NCBI GenBank assembly: GCA_002633005.1
Contig: NMRA01000386.1
Span: 196,058 to 260,057, forward strand
Length of the DNA stretch: 64,000 nucleotides
Direction of reading: 5' to 3'
DNA from: Phoronis australis
Taxonomy: Eukaryota; Animalia; Phoronida
Shown here: positions 25,701 to 38,520 of the stretch, piece after piece
How positions within the stretch are numbered: position 1 is the first letter of the stretch
How the letters are laid out: every line of letters begins with the position of its first letter
Position numbers and translations under genes: made by a program
The notes under the pieces: model-generated
Seen by the model: the letters and a program-made list of their open reading frames with translations, nothing else
Told to the model about the DNA's origin: nothing
Database searches by the model: none

Positions 25701-28700
25701 TATTCGACAATTGTGAAGTGGAGCGTGAGACCCCGTTTCTGTCCTACGTCTTCAGCCAGTTCCATGAAAGAGACCCCTGAGCTCACACAAAATGGTAAAG
25801 GGAGAGAGAAATAGTCATTCATAAGAAAAATGTCCGTTTGTGTCAAGCAAATCATAATTATAGCTACCTAGCGCGTTGCCTATTTGCAGTGACATTACCT
25901 TTATACCAGGACGAATGGTTGCTTACCAATTTTTTTTTCATTGAATGCCTTGTAGTTGAACGTGTTGTCGTCCTTCCTTACATAAAACACGCCAAGAGAT
26001 GGCTTCAAGTAACTCATCGAAAACTTGAAAATGTGGATCCTAGGAACAGTAACGACGTAGTCTGCGCATGCGTCGTACCAACTGTCCAATAATCCTTCTC
26101 CACCTCTTGGATGCTCCCCTGCTTTAGATACATAACAGTTTGTGTAGGGCTCCCAAACGAGGCGGCAATCTATGCCAGCCGCAGCACAAACTGAAAACAC
26201 AAATGTAAATTAAGTTGTGATTTAAGATTGTTAGTTTCGACTCGAGCAGTCGCAGCTGGAAACTAGGTGTCCACTGAACACTGGTGGATTTGGATGACGT
26301 AAATTCTTACATAACTTAAAGCGTTACTGGCCGACTGTTATGAGAAAAAAAGCGATCACCAAAGACCACAGAATCAACTTTGAGATTCAGATAAAAAATA
26401 CTATATGGCGTTGCATTTCGACGAAATTTGTGGGTATACACTGTATAACAATGATTCGTTACGGATTACATACACAGAGAGTGCACACGAGTTTCGAAAA
26501 CGCAAGAACCTCACGAATGACGCGCCCAGAAATATCTTTGGTTTTAAAGAGATTATCGCATCTACAAATTGTAAGTAAATTCACCTAGTTGTCAGGTGGC
26601 GAGACCGTCTCGTCCACTTGTCGGCTCATCTGGAACTGCGAAACAAGATGTGAAAATCGACAACTTTTCGTAAGACCCTTCAAAGAGTTCGGCGAAGAGA
26701 CCAATTCACGAGGAAAGAAAGCAGAAAATGTTATCCAAGGCGGAAAATGTGGCTTGGCAAGGCTTTTGATGCCTGATAATAAAAGATAATGTCATGTTTA
26801 TTTCGTATCTGAAAATACCGCACTTGTCATCGTTACATGCTGAGACAACCTGTCCAAATCTCAGGAGGATAATGCGCTGGTGTTGACTTAAATACCAAAT
26901 GCACGCCAGAACAAATTGGCATGCGTTTCGTAGAACCAAGAATGTTTCGAAAACGCAACATATCACTCAATACTTTGCAAGACATCGTCATGCGTAGCAA
27001 GCGATCAAATGATTATACTAGTTTTGCTCGCGACTTTCTGGCATTTACGAGCCACAGATCCCGCGTGGCATATTGAGTCAAGTGTGGTCATGGCAAATGA
27101 AGATTTTTGGTAGCTGATTTTTAAATTACCTACCTTCGAAAATTAGGTCCTTGGTAAGGCCAGCCAGATAGCCATTAGAGTCACTAAAATAATAAATGAT
27201 TAATTGTTGACGCTTAGAAATCCAGAAACAACCATTTGATCGTAGTTGGTGGAAGTGTTTTCATTTTATATCTCACTTATGACATCGTCAATCGTTGCCA
27301 GCATGGCCTTAAGCAGTGATTTGTAATCCTTTCTTATCCTGATTAGCGAAGAAGTTCAGATAACACTTGTTGAGTAAAAGTGTTATTTTTGGCAAATAAA
27401 GTGGAAATAATAATTTCATTTTTAAACGTGCAATTTATTGAATATTAAGTTTCCATTGGTATGCTGTGTGATGTCATCAGGTCCAAATATTGATGGCAAT
27501 CAGGCAATTGTTACAGAACACAACTCTCTGAGGTTCTGTTGACAGGTTTTGAATGTTCTCATTGAGATGATTAGACTTTTCTGGCCTACGATATTTTTGC
27601 CTTTCTCTGCTACAGACCCACATAACAATACGCCAATGTATTTAAAGACTTTACGATACAGGCAGACAAAAGTGGCCCAGGGAAATAATACTGTCTATAC
27701 CACTTGCTTTGACACAATATTTTACAAACCACTGCCCAGCATTCGCTGTTTGAAAAGCAACCATGTTAGACTGAGTGAGGTAACATATGAATATGCGTCT
27801 TTTGCAGGTTGTCGACATCTCTAAATACAGTTGATAACATTTAACAATTAACTGGACTGAAACATGGTGGCACGCAGTAATGTTTGATACAAATGTTCCC
27901 ATGTGAGTGAGGAGCATACAGAGGTAATGACATTTCTAAGTTGTGTTAATATTGGTTTTTTTGTTATGCAAGATAGGTGATTTTCAGTTTTTTTAATCAG
28001 TTATCATTGTCCTTGAAGGTTGTCGTCTATCAGGAAAGTGTTTGTTCCATCAACGCTTTCATTTATAGGCTGTATTTAGTTGTCTACAGCATAGGTGGGG
28101 GCCCAGGGAGCCCGCTCCCTCCCCCCCTTGGCTTCCGCCAGCAAAAAGGAAACAAAAACAGGGCGAAGAAAAAGAGAGTTCAGTAACTAGGACCGGTAGC
28201 GGATGGGGTGGGGGGCTCAGATCCCAGATCGCGGTGGAATCGAGCTTTCCCTTTTTTTAGTACTGAACAGAAAGTCCACATCTTCGGCTCCCACAACTTT
28301 TGGGCCTCCTGTGCACATACAATCGCGCTTTGCCCAATTCCCTGAGGCAACATATTGGGCCGCCTCCCTTATGGCATCCTACATGTAGATCCGCCACTGT
28401 ATAGTACATAAAATACTTGAATGCGATGTGTGATCTTGTTTGAATCTGCTGACAAAAGATATCATTGTCAAAATGTGGAAACAGAGAATAATAGCTTTTC
28501 CATTTACTTGATTTTCTTATAGATCCAACATTCACCTACTGATAATAAATCTTGATCCTTTTTCACTTTTCAAAGCTCGTTGTATACGTATTTGTCACAG
28601 GTATTATGCACGTCAACATTAAAACAAATTTATCAGTAATTCGTATTTTTGATTGAAGAGTTTTGTATGTAGTATTATCGTGTTTGCGTAAAAGGAATTT

Positions 28701-31700
28701 AAAGTATTCTATTTATTTTAAACAGGTTCCAAGCATCTTCCTGTGTTCCTGAAAGTCACGGATGAGAGGAAGAGTCCCCCTCAACTGACGCAGCACGTTC
28801 AAGCTACTAAATCAGGGACACACAACAGGTCTCATTGACAGCACGTGTTAGTGAACATCTTTATCGCTTACACAGAATCGGTGACAACCATTCGTGCTAC
28901 TGTAGGTCAACAGATTAGCCAAAGTTGGAGGACTCCATTTCCTTGCTGTTACAGCATTTAAGCTGCTTGCCAATGAATCACCTTAAATGCAACATATGTC
29001 CCTCTCAGGTCTATGTAACCTAATCTGCCTGATTGATCAGTCCATATTTCTTTTATTAAATGGCTACTGATGCTTCTTTAATGCTTTGTTGTACTGACAT
29101 TGTCTGCTTACTTCGTTGTCAGGCTTTATGATTTTTATGGTATCTGATTGGTCACATTGCTAGTTGCGTGACATCCTGGTGGCGTAAAAGAAAAGTGTTA
29201 TTCCACAGGGAGGTGGGTCAAAATTATCAAACTATGTTCCAGACAATCAGAAGACAGAAGTATCAGTTGTCATGTAATGAAACAACATGAGTAACCCAAA
29301 ATTTAATGTCGGGACATAAGGTTATGTGGCACCTTACTGACAAATATCTACAAACTTTGGAGTTAAACTTTCTAAAACACTACTTTAATTCATGAAAGTA
29401 GAGAGTCTGCATATACTGACTTTATATATCAATCTGCCATTAATTGGGTCTCTTGACCATATTTTAAATAACATTCCGGAAAAGGGGAATACATTCATAA
29501 CAAAACAGTGGAGTCGATAACATGACTAATTTTTTAATTTTTTTCCTTTGAATGAAAGTTAGGGCAGAATCTAGTCAAAATGGAATCTGTTACTGTGACG
29601 AAATCACCCGTTTTTAAGTTTGCCTCTGTATGTCAGGAGTTTGTCGGCATACTTTCATGAAATCTGACAAATAGTTGTGTTTTACAGATATGACGCCACC
29701 TTCTCAATTTGGATGGGTTTAACACATTATGCGCCATCTATTGACCATTTTTATGATTCCAAAACACTACTGCAGTCGTGGGTGCAGTAGCTCTTGTATA
29801 CAGAAGGCAAGCATCGAAAATTTTTACACTATTTGAGCATTTATTGCAGTACTGCATTTGTCAAAGGTTATTATAAGTGTGAAGGAGGATGGATTGTTTT
29901 TCAAATGAGGTCCATTCATTACACAACACACATCCCATGGAGTCCGCTCAGTGTTGTCATCGAAAGATTATTATTGATTACTGCAGTAGAATATTTGTGC
30001 AAGTCGGAATGTTGCGATGTTGCATTTTAAAGGTACATGTACCAAGAGATGTCAAAAGAAATTAGACAGACTTCAACAGAAGTCTCACAGACTGCCAAAT
30101 TTGGATAAACTTCTTACCGGAATAATTTGTCAGTTTAGGTAGTCAAACTTTTGTCGGAGTTGAATGTCGACATTGTGTCTACTTCCTTAATTTTTTGTTT
30201 GTGAATGGTCTTGCGCAATAAGTTGTTTTTGTTGAGATTTAGCTAGAATTGGATTGGATTCTATTTGAAAAGAAACGAATATTTTATTAGCCTAGTTGAA
30301 TTACGACATTGTGCAGTTTAGTTTGAAAAATATTGTATGCTAGCCTTTGTACCTTTACACAGTATGTTTTATGTTGTATTGTAATTTGGTGGTATGTTGG
30401 AAAAATAAAAACTTAGACCTGTCCATGCAGATATTGTTAAAGCAAAGTCACATTCTTATTTTTAAATATCTTTAAAAACTATTCACAATTTTCGTTGTAA
30501 CATACATCATGGCTAGAGACTCCGGTCCACCTGCACTGACATGGAGAACATATTTTCTGTGACCCCTCTGAGCTTTCCAAAAAGAATGGGCCCAACTCGA
30601 GGATTTCATTTTTGTCTATGAAAGTGTCTCATTAAAGGTATCAAAATTTTTATAAAATTGAAAATGTGAAACCCCATACTGTTTTAAGTACTAGTTAAAT
30701 TTGGAATTGTGTAGCAGACGATTGCTAATGTGTTAGAGAAGTCTCAAGAACAGGATTTGCGTTTACAGTTTATTGTAATCTGCGAGAGAAAGCTTGCTTC
30801 ACCGCTTAGTTTTTTTTTGTAAAATGAAAAGGCATTGATTCCAAGTTTGCTTATGAAAGGAAACAGTATTTTGTTCTGAATTAATTTAGCATACAACTTT
30901 GTACCAAGGCAAGGGCAACGGATGGTATCCTATGTCCGCCCTCTTAGACCACACTTTTTTCGCAGAGTTTGAACAACTAGGTGCCATACAAAAAGGCGTG
31001 GAGAACTTTTTACTACACTGGCAAACAGTAAATAATAAGAATCGGTGATACAATGATAAAACGCGATGTAAACTCTATCCACTCAATGCCGCAATGTGGA
31101 GCAGAAATATGTGATAAGCAGTCGATGCCCTGTCAACCACTGACATATCAGCCAATCAGAGACTGCTGTCAGCATTACATGCCCTGTCAACCACTGACAT
31201 ATCGGCCAATCAGAGACTGCTGTCAGCATTAGTGTTTTTACAATAAAATGTGAGTCAGCTTTTGTTTGGAGCGCAACTCGGGCAAATGTGAGTTTTATTT
31301 GTAACTTAGAACCGGTTTAGTGCTGCATTATTTTTACTACAGTCATCTTTTAAACTTGGCGTTGGGTAAAAATTAATCGCAGATAATTTACAGGGACAGA
31401 AAAAAATTGTTCATAATGTCTTGTAATCTTTCAGAGATCGAATGCTTACTTCACAATTACATAGGTTTTGTAAAGCGAAAATGAAATGGCCTGTTTAAAC
31501 GTAGAATTCGGAAGAAAATAATTGTTAACGTGTTCAATAAAGTCTCAAGATAAGAAAAAGGTTGGGCTTACAAGATATTGTAACCAGCCAGAGAATGTTT
31601 GGTTCACCATGTGACTTTGTAAAGCTAATATAGTCATTCCAAGTTTAAGCAAGGGCGTGGCTTGCATTTACATTTTATTGCAATCAATAAGAGAAGGCTT

Positions 31701-33504
31701 GGTTCACATCGCGAATTTTTTATAGAAGAAATTGAATTATTCCAAGTTTAAGCAACCAGTTTGGCTTGCTTGAACTTGGAATTAGGTAGGAAAAACTGCG
31801 AATGCGCTCAGAAGTGCTTTAAAGGTAATAGAAAAAAGTATTTAAAATGTATTGCAACCAATTAGAGAATGTTTGGTTCACCACGTGAGTTTTTGTAAAG
31901 CAGAAGTTGAATTATTCCAAGTTTAAGCGAGCCACGCCCCTTTCTTAAACTTGGAGTTGGTAGAAAAAAACTGCGAATGTGCTCAGAAGACTCCCAAACT
32001 TAATAGAAAATGCATTTAAAACCAGTTACCGAATGTTTGGTTCACCATGCCATCTTTTGTAAAGCAGAAATTGAATTATTCCAAGTTAAAGCAAGGGCGT
32101 ATCTTGCTTAAACCCGGAATTTACGGGGTAGAAAAAATCGGCCAGAAGTCTTCCAAAATTAATAGAAAATGCATAAAGTGTATTGCAACCAGTTAGTAAA
32201 TGTTTAATTAATGTCACCTTTTGATCAAACATCAACCAGGCACTAATTTCAAACATCAAGCTTTATTTTTATATTGGAATAGGCAGCAACACAGAAATAA
32301 TGCGACTCAAATGGCCACCGTAGCCGTAGGGCTATGACCTTGAATGCCAGGTGCATTACTGAGAGAACATGTAATCACAATACAGTCCTTAAGTGATTTT
32401 TTATTCCAGTCGCTCGGTACCAAAGATTTTATAGTATCTTTGTCGGTACTAACCAGTATTCATGACCAGACCACGGGAGCTTTATCTCGATTTTTATTAA
32501 TCTTTTCTCTCCGTAGTCTACCGGTTCAGTAACGATTTCAGTCCAAAGCACCTTGTTCAGGGATTGTGTGCAAGGCAGCCGCTTAATTCCAAGTTCACGC
32601 AGATGAAGTTCACGTACGGGCCGGGTTTGGCAGTTTGCTTAATCTCAAGATCACTTGCGTGATCTTGGAATTCCAAGTTCACGCAACACACACTTCCGCT
32701 TATTCTTGAGATTAAGCAGGAATCCAAGTTCACGTACAATAGCACGAAGCACACCACTATGATCCAGACAGCCGTTGCACAACTCAAAGTGGCACCGTTG
32801 GCCTCTGGAGAAAACATGACAATGATTGTTCTCAAGCTTATGCTTACTCATATATTGAAAGAGCGCGATTTCCGGATTTGGAATTAGGTTTAACACAGAG
32901 GATTGGTATTGCAAGTCATTTCATCCGCCGAGCTCGTCCTGAGGCAGTAACAAACTGAAAGTCGCGTGACTTGGCCAACAGATGGCGTGCTGAAAGTTCT
33001 TCCCAAGACCAGCCATTGCTTCCAGTCGGAGCAAAGTTTTTAACTTAATACCAGGTTGGAGTTCGCTAAGTAGCTTGCCTCGCCGCGAGAATAGTGTAGC
33101 CAAAATCACGTGCTCTCATTTGTAATATACGGCAATATCTCACGTACTATCACGACGTTTTGCTTCTCTAGTAAGGCCCCAGCGTTACTAACCTCACCTA
33201 GTTTTGTTACAGTAACATCGTGTCAGAAGGTGGTTTTGTAACACCTTATGATATTAAATGTTTACTTACATGTACTGATTTGCTCCGTAGTCGTGGCCAA
33301 CGGCAATACTGTATATTCGCTTGCCCTGGGCATTCTTTCTACTGTCACCCTTTGACCCATAACAAGTTATTCTTTCGCTTTTCGTGTTTTGAGTTGAGCC
33401 CGTCGAGCTGAAATTTGAGCGATCCACCGCGACAGCCGCCATGGCGATTGCGATTACTGCTACAATCCCAACAGTTATCACAAATACGATGAGTCCTCTT
33501 GAAG
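19722..33504 (-). CDS. Membrane-anchored solute-binding protein family 3-like (type II periplasmic binding fold) protein; 6 exons, first exon not located
   Basis: Exons 33270-33504, 27134-27183, 25927-26190, 22833-22960, 21121-21340, 19722-19753 join in phase (929 nt). The product has TM segment GLIVFVITVGIVAVIAIAMAAVAV, then IYSIAVGHDYGANQYIDSNGYLAGLTKDLIFEVCAAAGIDCRLVW...GLLDSWYDAC...TVPRIHIFKFSMSY...KKIGFLDGW...AIVNRSIDAG...FNVGLSKLMSSGRFRKIC...GIIECVN*, which follows the motif order of HisJ/ArtJ/GlnH-type proteins. AATAAA on the minus strand at 19451-19456. Confidence 0.85.
21121..21340 (-). CDS. SBP3-like exon
   Basis: ttccag acceptor; IDAGMAG...YQCTVRGNGMMSRKDSDFPELFNVGLSKLMSSGRFRKICKEAKDKHVK; donor AG|GTCAGT, phase 0-1. 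Confidence 0.88.
22267..22771. mobile_element. Palindromic MITE (~505 bp) with long TIRs, flanked by TA
   Basis: ta|ggcagtgaccactgtctctagctg...cagctagagacggtggtcactgtc|ta; inverted symmetry extends far inward (gctcctacaggagcttcatacg / cgtatgaagctcctataggagc). Confidence 0.85.
22833..22960 (-). CDS. SBP3-like exon
   Basis: GFLDGWAYNEKCLQRN...DLKYAIVNRS; donor GTTAGA, phase 1-0. Confidence 0.88.
23262..25225 (+). mobile_element. Degraded I-group (Ingi-like) non-LTR retrotransposon with RT remnants and RNase H, in an SBP3 intron
   Basis: GC-richer island; RNase H motifs across frames: ATDGSFCQ...GSGYLI (~24600), TITLATDSMSVV (~24780), HAGVVENEQADHLASEAA (~24890); LYDDD, a YADD remnant, near 23690; boundaries approximate. 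Confidence 0.75.
25329..25727. mobile_element. Probable MITE (~400 bp)
   Basis: Imperfect TIR acgctccactccaagaattg / caattgtgaagtggagcgt. Confidence 0.45.
25927..26190 (-). CDS. SBP3-like exon
   Basis: VCAAAGIDCRLVWEPYTNCY...GGEGLLDSWYDACADYVVTVPRIHIFKFSMSYL...EKKI; donor GTAAGC, phase 1-1. Confidence 0.9.
27134..27183 (-). CDS. SBP3-like 50-nt exon
   Basis: (I)DSNGYLAGLTKDLIFE(V), equivalent to the bacterial 'dengkltGfdvDla' motif; phase 2-1. Confidence 0.85.
28194..28399. mobile_element. GGCGGATC-type (hAT-like) MITE, degraded
   Basis: cggtagcggatgggg ... agatccgccactg, same end type as the copies at 46149, 47413 and 63635. Confidence 0.5.
31125..31231. repeat. 54-bp tandem duplication
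   Basis: atgccctgtcaaccactgacatatc(a/g)gccaatcagagactgctgtcagcatta x2. Confidence 0.95.
31560..32200. repeat. ~170-180-bp satellite-like tandem array with internal hairpins
   Basis: gaatgtttggttcacca...ttgtaaagc...attccaagtttaagc...aacttggaatt recurs at ~31590, 31690, 31865, 32030; related pieces at ~30780 and 32585-32740. Confidence 0.8.
33058..33198. mobile_element. Degraded copy of the 44220-type MITE
   Basis: ccaaaatcacgtgctctcatttgtaatatacggcaatatctcacgta core shared with 44220-44370. Confidence 0.7.
33270..33504 (-). CDS. SBP3-like exon (TM anchor and domain start)
   Basis: cttttag acceptor; SRGLIVFVITVGIVAVIAIAMAAVAVDRS...KRIYSIAVGHDYGANQY; donor AT|GTAAGT, phase 1-2. Confidence 0.85.
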
Positions 33505-34130
33505 CTAAAAGGAATATCGTGCCATGACGTAAATTGCAGTTACAAACTGGTTATAACAAGCTCCTGGATAAAAATTGGTAAAAGTTGTAAGAAGTTTCGA
33601 TGATATTAAAATTTCAGATATCAGGGTTTATGCCACCATAGATATTAGTAAAAAGATTCGCGACTCCGTGAAGTCTCGCGGCCTAACGCAAAAGTACGTG
33701 AGCAGGATTCAAAACTTCCGGTCTCATGGCTAAGCGTAGTAACGAAGGTGAACTTTGGTTTTTTATTTCACGCACGTCAAGCAAATTTTTGAGTTTGAAA
33801 TTAATTTGTTGTGTTTAATGCAAACTAAATCGCGTATGCGAGCCATTCAAGTCGGATTATTGCTACAAAACGTGTCGGAATTATCTTGACAAGTTGTTGT
33901 TGATAGGCCCGCTTGCTGGCACAGTTCAACACACGAATCGAGGCGTTTTATATTTTGCATTAAAATAATTGTTTATTCAAGGCGGCAGTGCATCAAAACC
34001 GTTTAGAATATTAGTGTGCTCTTTTTGGATGGTCACTAACACAACGCCTCTCAATTCTTAAATTATTTGATGCCGCTCATGGGATGTATGACATAACAGT
34101 TGGCTGAAAACAGTAATTGCACAGATATCG

Positions 34131-34204
34131 GTCCTCAATAGCTCAGTGGTGAGAGCACTAGACCCGCAATCTAAAGACATGTGGTCCGATTCCCAGTTGG
34201 GGTT
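34131..34204 (+). pseudogene. tRNA-derived sequence (tRNA pseudogene or SINE head)
   Basis: A-box TAGCTCAGTGG, degenerate B-box GGTCCGATTCC, cctcaa/ttgggg acceptor-like stem, ctaga/tctaa anticodon-like stem; lacks U33 and an intact TTC. Confidence 0.6.
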
Positions 34205-37035
34205 CCTGATTTTTCTGTGTTTATTTGAGATGCGTAACTTAAGATTGTGAAAACATTGATCTAACTTGGGGAAAAAAGAATAATTCATATAACCTCAAAG
34301 ATTTTTGAATAAATGACGAAATACTCTGAAAAACTAGGTTTCTGGTTTTTGCTATTTTTGAATTCATTTGTTACACCAATTTCATTTTTAGAATTGTTTT
34401 GAAATATTTTGGAACAAAAGAAATATTTTCACCGAACCATGGTAATTTTTTAAGTGTTTTGTCGTTTGAAAGTGGTTTGGTGACGATGTCATGTTGTTAA
34501 CCTACTTTTAAAGGACTCTCTATCTTGTTTTAGCAATACAGTAAGCTATGGATTCCCAAATATAGTTGTCTAAACTTGATATTTTTGTGGCCTGAAATTT
34601 TTGGGTGCTATTTGCTGAAAAAAGGGCTATTTTTGAGGATGTAATACTTAAATAACTCGAGAGCCACATAAACAATTTTAAAAAATATATATAAATGGCA
34701 TGTCTAAAGCTACCATTTTAGACTATTGAAGTGTTTCTGATGAAATTTGTATTTTGCTTTGCTCTGACAGCTACTTTTTGTAAAACATAGTACGCAAAGG
34801 GTGTTTTTGTATTCCTTCTCAGAAATGTATGCAACACTGACTTTATGTAATGTTGTTATGTTTTTTCCTGTTTATCATTGTAAAAATCAATTCCATTGTA
34901 TATTTGTGTTGTCATTTTTCACTTAACAATTGTAAAGTAAGGCAGGGGAATCTCAGACCCCTGTTATTTACTCATTGGAACTGGGAAAATAAAGAACTGA
35001 AAAATGTCTAATTTGTGTGTGCTGTGCTATCTGATAACCACTAAAAATAAGGCTGACAGAACACCTTTCATAACCTGAGTCTTTCCGTCTCATGTTCTCT
35101 ATTTCAAATTTTGTGGTATTTTGTTTCAGTTGGTGGTTTCATTTCATGTTATAACTCTTTTCTTCTGCAGGCAAAATATAACACTTAAAATTGAATTCCC
35201 TTCACTAAGTATAAAGTACAAAAACTTAATTTATAAAAAATATACTATACAAGTTTCCTTTCCAACGTTGAATATCTGTTGGCGTCACAAAACCCTAAAG
35301 AAAATTACAGTGCCAACTGGTCCTTCAAAATTTTGACTTCTTCAATTCACTGGTTATCTCCACAACTCAATAGTGGAACTGATTCTGGTGTAGAAATTAA
35401 ACATTCACGCTCAATGCAATACTGGAAATTAGCTCAGTTTTTTGTTAAAAAGCCATAGAAGAGTCCTGGAGGAATGAGTTCACTTTCACAAAATCACATT
35501 CCAGATGCAACTCTTCGTTCCATATTACTTTATAGATATTCTATGTATTTGTGACATTTAGAGGATGTTCAGACACTGAAAGAGAGAAATAGACATTAGG
35601 TCTTAATGAGCATGCCCACCTTCATAATCATAAGTATCACTCGTCAAGAAACTGTAGAGAATACATCAACTCAGTTGACATGGAGAGCATGATGTGCTGC
35701 TATTGAAAATATTGAGAGTCCCTTTTGATTACATTCTCAAAGCCCGTTTTGAATGAGCAGCAAACAGGGTCATGCTGCACTTGTTTACGCGACATTCTTG
35801 TTACCCCCTCCATTTGTCAGTCTTTGCAGTATTTCACACCTGCTGTGTACCATTGCATTTTTGACTAGCTTTTGCTCTATGGTGGTATTACTGTGTCATT
35901 TTATTTCCACTTGATGAAACAAGTATTTTCAAAATATCGTTTGTCGTCTCTTGGTCAGTTTCTTTACCAATGTTCTGACGATACGAACGGAATGGAATAA
36001 AGATTGTGACAGCAAAAAGTGTCATGTATTGAACCATTTTTGCATAGTCGTAGCTATGTTTAGAAGTTGCCTTACAATGTACTTTTGGTGTATGATAGTA
36101 GTGACAGCAATTTTTTGACACACAACTTTTTGACACTCAAGTCTTGCAAACGACATGTCAATGCCAGTTAGCCTTTGGCCCTTCCCCCTGCCCCTGGAAC
36201 AAAGCTGTGTGAATTACAAATATTTATTGTGTAACATTGTTACAATTTCATTTTTGTTGGTTAATACTTGTGCTTATGATCATGAGCTGATTCGTACGGT
36301 AATCTATTTAAACAAACATCAATACTAATTGCAACAAAAATCAGCTGATGCGACTGTGTAAGTGTAAACACGGGAAAATCAGCCGAAGACGTTTCTGGCG
36401 TTAATAACTCATATTTGTCATAACATGTCTGAATTATCTTGTGAATGTTTTAAATGACATGACAGAGAACAGTATACGAATTTTATTTTTACAAGTCTTA
36501 AAAACTACAAAAAATCAAGCAATTCGACTCATTACTTTACCAAATCTTGAAACGAGGGAACGACCGCTCCGTAAAACCGGAAGTTTTCTATCCTGCGTGT
36601 GCAGCGCCCTCTAATCGTTAGTGCTTATGTCCTGTGGTCCGCGACATGCGCAACGCGCTCTAACGGGAGTTGGCAGTCCCTATCTATAGTCTATGATGCC
36701 ACAAATAGGCCAATTTTAATTTATTTGTTGTTTGTACGAATTAACATCGTTACGATGTAAAATATAGGAAGGTATAAAGAGAAACATTTCCTCGAGTTTT
36801 GACACAGTTACAATTTACCACTTTTTCAATTAATTGACATGTTTTGTATTTCGCTACTACTTATTTGCAAAAATATGGGATCGTCAAATTAGTTTTACCG
36901 TTACAACTTCTTAAACGAACGCTACAAGGGTAAATTAAAATTTTACGTTTGATTTAAGTCACACATGCTCATACTGGTTTTAGTAACAGGTTTTATTTTG
37001 CTGTTTTATTTGTTTACTAACATATAGCACTTGAT

Positions 37036-37607
37036 TGACACGGCCTATGATTTCAGGTCAGTTTTGGGTAATTAGTGGGCAAAGAAATACTAGAGAATAT
37101 TCTAGTAGATTCCAACATATTAGCGATCGAAATACAACGTAGATTCCGGAATGTTCTTAAATGTGTTTGAATTATGAAGAGCCCCAGGACATTGTAAGAG
37201 ACTAAACAAACCCAGGCACCGGTTAGTGAGAGTAAATTGAGTTGAGCTGATTCAGTTAAAAAGTCACAGTTAAAGTTACAGTTGAGATGCGGTAACAGAA
37301 TCAGCAGTTACAGCGTTAGTCAATAGGGAGCTAGCTATAGACAGCAGTTATTGAATCAACGAGTGTAACAGTCGCTGGAGGTGTCACTGAAGTTCATCAC
37401 AAGTCAAGGCTTCGCTACACTGACTGGAGCATTGAACAGACTTTAGGTTGGACGTTTTACTTGAGGTAGACTTGCCAACATACGGTCGAGATTAATAAAG
37501 TGATTAACAACGAGACAGTCTTCAATTTATTACCGCACTGAAAGCAATTAGCACCGGTCATTGACGACCTGCGCCCACTCATTCACGAGGGAAAACGGGA
37601 CGTGACA
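37036..37607 (+). mobile_element. Possible solo LTR
   Basis: TGaCACGG ... GGACGTGACA termini and AATAAA near 37494; no clear target-site duplication. Confidence 0.3.
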
Positions 37608-38474
37608 CACATGATGAGATTACTTATAGTTTGGAATGACGTCATTGCGAAATTTGATGTCGCGAGCTATTATCGAACGCCAAAATAGCAGTACCTCAAC
37701 GCAAAGTCAGCATCTTTCAAATTAACATTCTGTTATTTAAAATAAAGAATGATATTCAAATGTTTTACAAGTTAGTTGATGTCGTAAAACAACAACCCTT
37801 TTGCGGCATTTTAGCAAACTCTGTCGAACCCTAAAGCGATCCAGTAACTGAACATGTAACATGTTACAAAAGTCGACTTTCTATGAGAAGTATTACGAAA
37901 TAGTTCAGAAGTATTTTTGAGATGTGACGTACCTAGTAACTTACCAAACCATTTCAGAAGCATGAAGCTGAATGTGTCTCAACAGATTCACGGAAGTCGT
38001 AATTATCAGATTCAGTTTTCTCGAGCAAGCTTATCCACAGCCTATTGAACTTCATGGATAGGGAGAAAATACATTGCAATGTGGATGGCTCCGATTAATC
38101 AAAGCAGAATAAAAACAATCACTAAAAATAGACAACGTGCACCAACATTTACAACCAACGGGAAGCGTGAGTGACAAATATTCCAAAATTTTCACACCAG
38201 AAATATCGGTGTCTTGTACAAATTACATTTCAAAATGAAGTTTAAAAGGTCCGTCTTCAAAACTCACATTGTATCTGTGTGAACGTTGTTACCGGTGTAG
38301 AAGTTCCATCTTCGTTCATTCGCTGCATTATGGTTTGTCTGCAACAGCAAAATGAGATTTAGGAATACAGTATACACACCCTCTACTGCGCAGCGCCCTC
38401 ATGGGGTCACAATGGCGCTGCATATGTCAACGCCATGACGCCACAAGTATGTGAATAATTATTACGTCTGCACG

Positions 38475-38520
38475 GTTAGCAGAAGGTCTTGGGTTCGAGT
38501 CCCGGTCGGAGCAGAAATCT
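38475..38520 (+). mobile_element. tRNA-derived SINE fragment
   Basis: aggtcttgggttcgagtcccggtcgg contains an intact Pol III B-box with T-stem; no A-box upstream. Confidence 0.45.

Noticed and set aside
31560-32200. Repeat-spacer appearance suggesting a CRISPR array
   Set aside because: The whole units are homologous with no unique spacers, the context is eukaryotic and there are no cas genes.
19722-33504. Bacterial contamination as the source of the solute-binding gene
   Set aside because: It has spliceosomal introns containing host-type repeats and is flanked by animal genes.
34131-34204. Functional tRNA gene
   Set aside because: T-loop and anticodon loop deviate from invariant positions; treated as a pseudogene or SINE head.
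34290-36680. Long AT-rich block that may be a non-autonomous DNA transposon
   Set aside because: No terminal repeats, TSD or coding remnant could be identified by eye.
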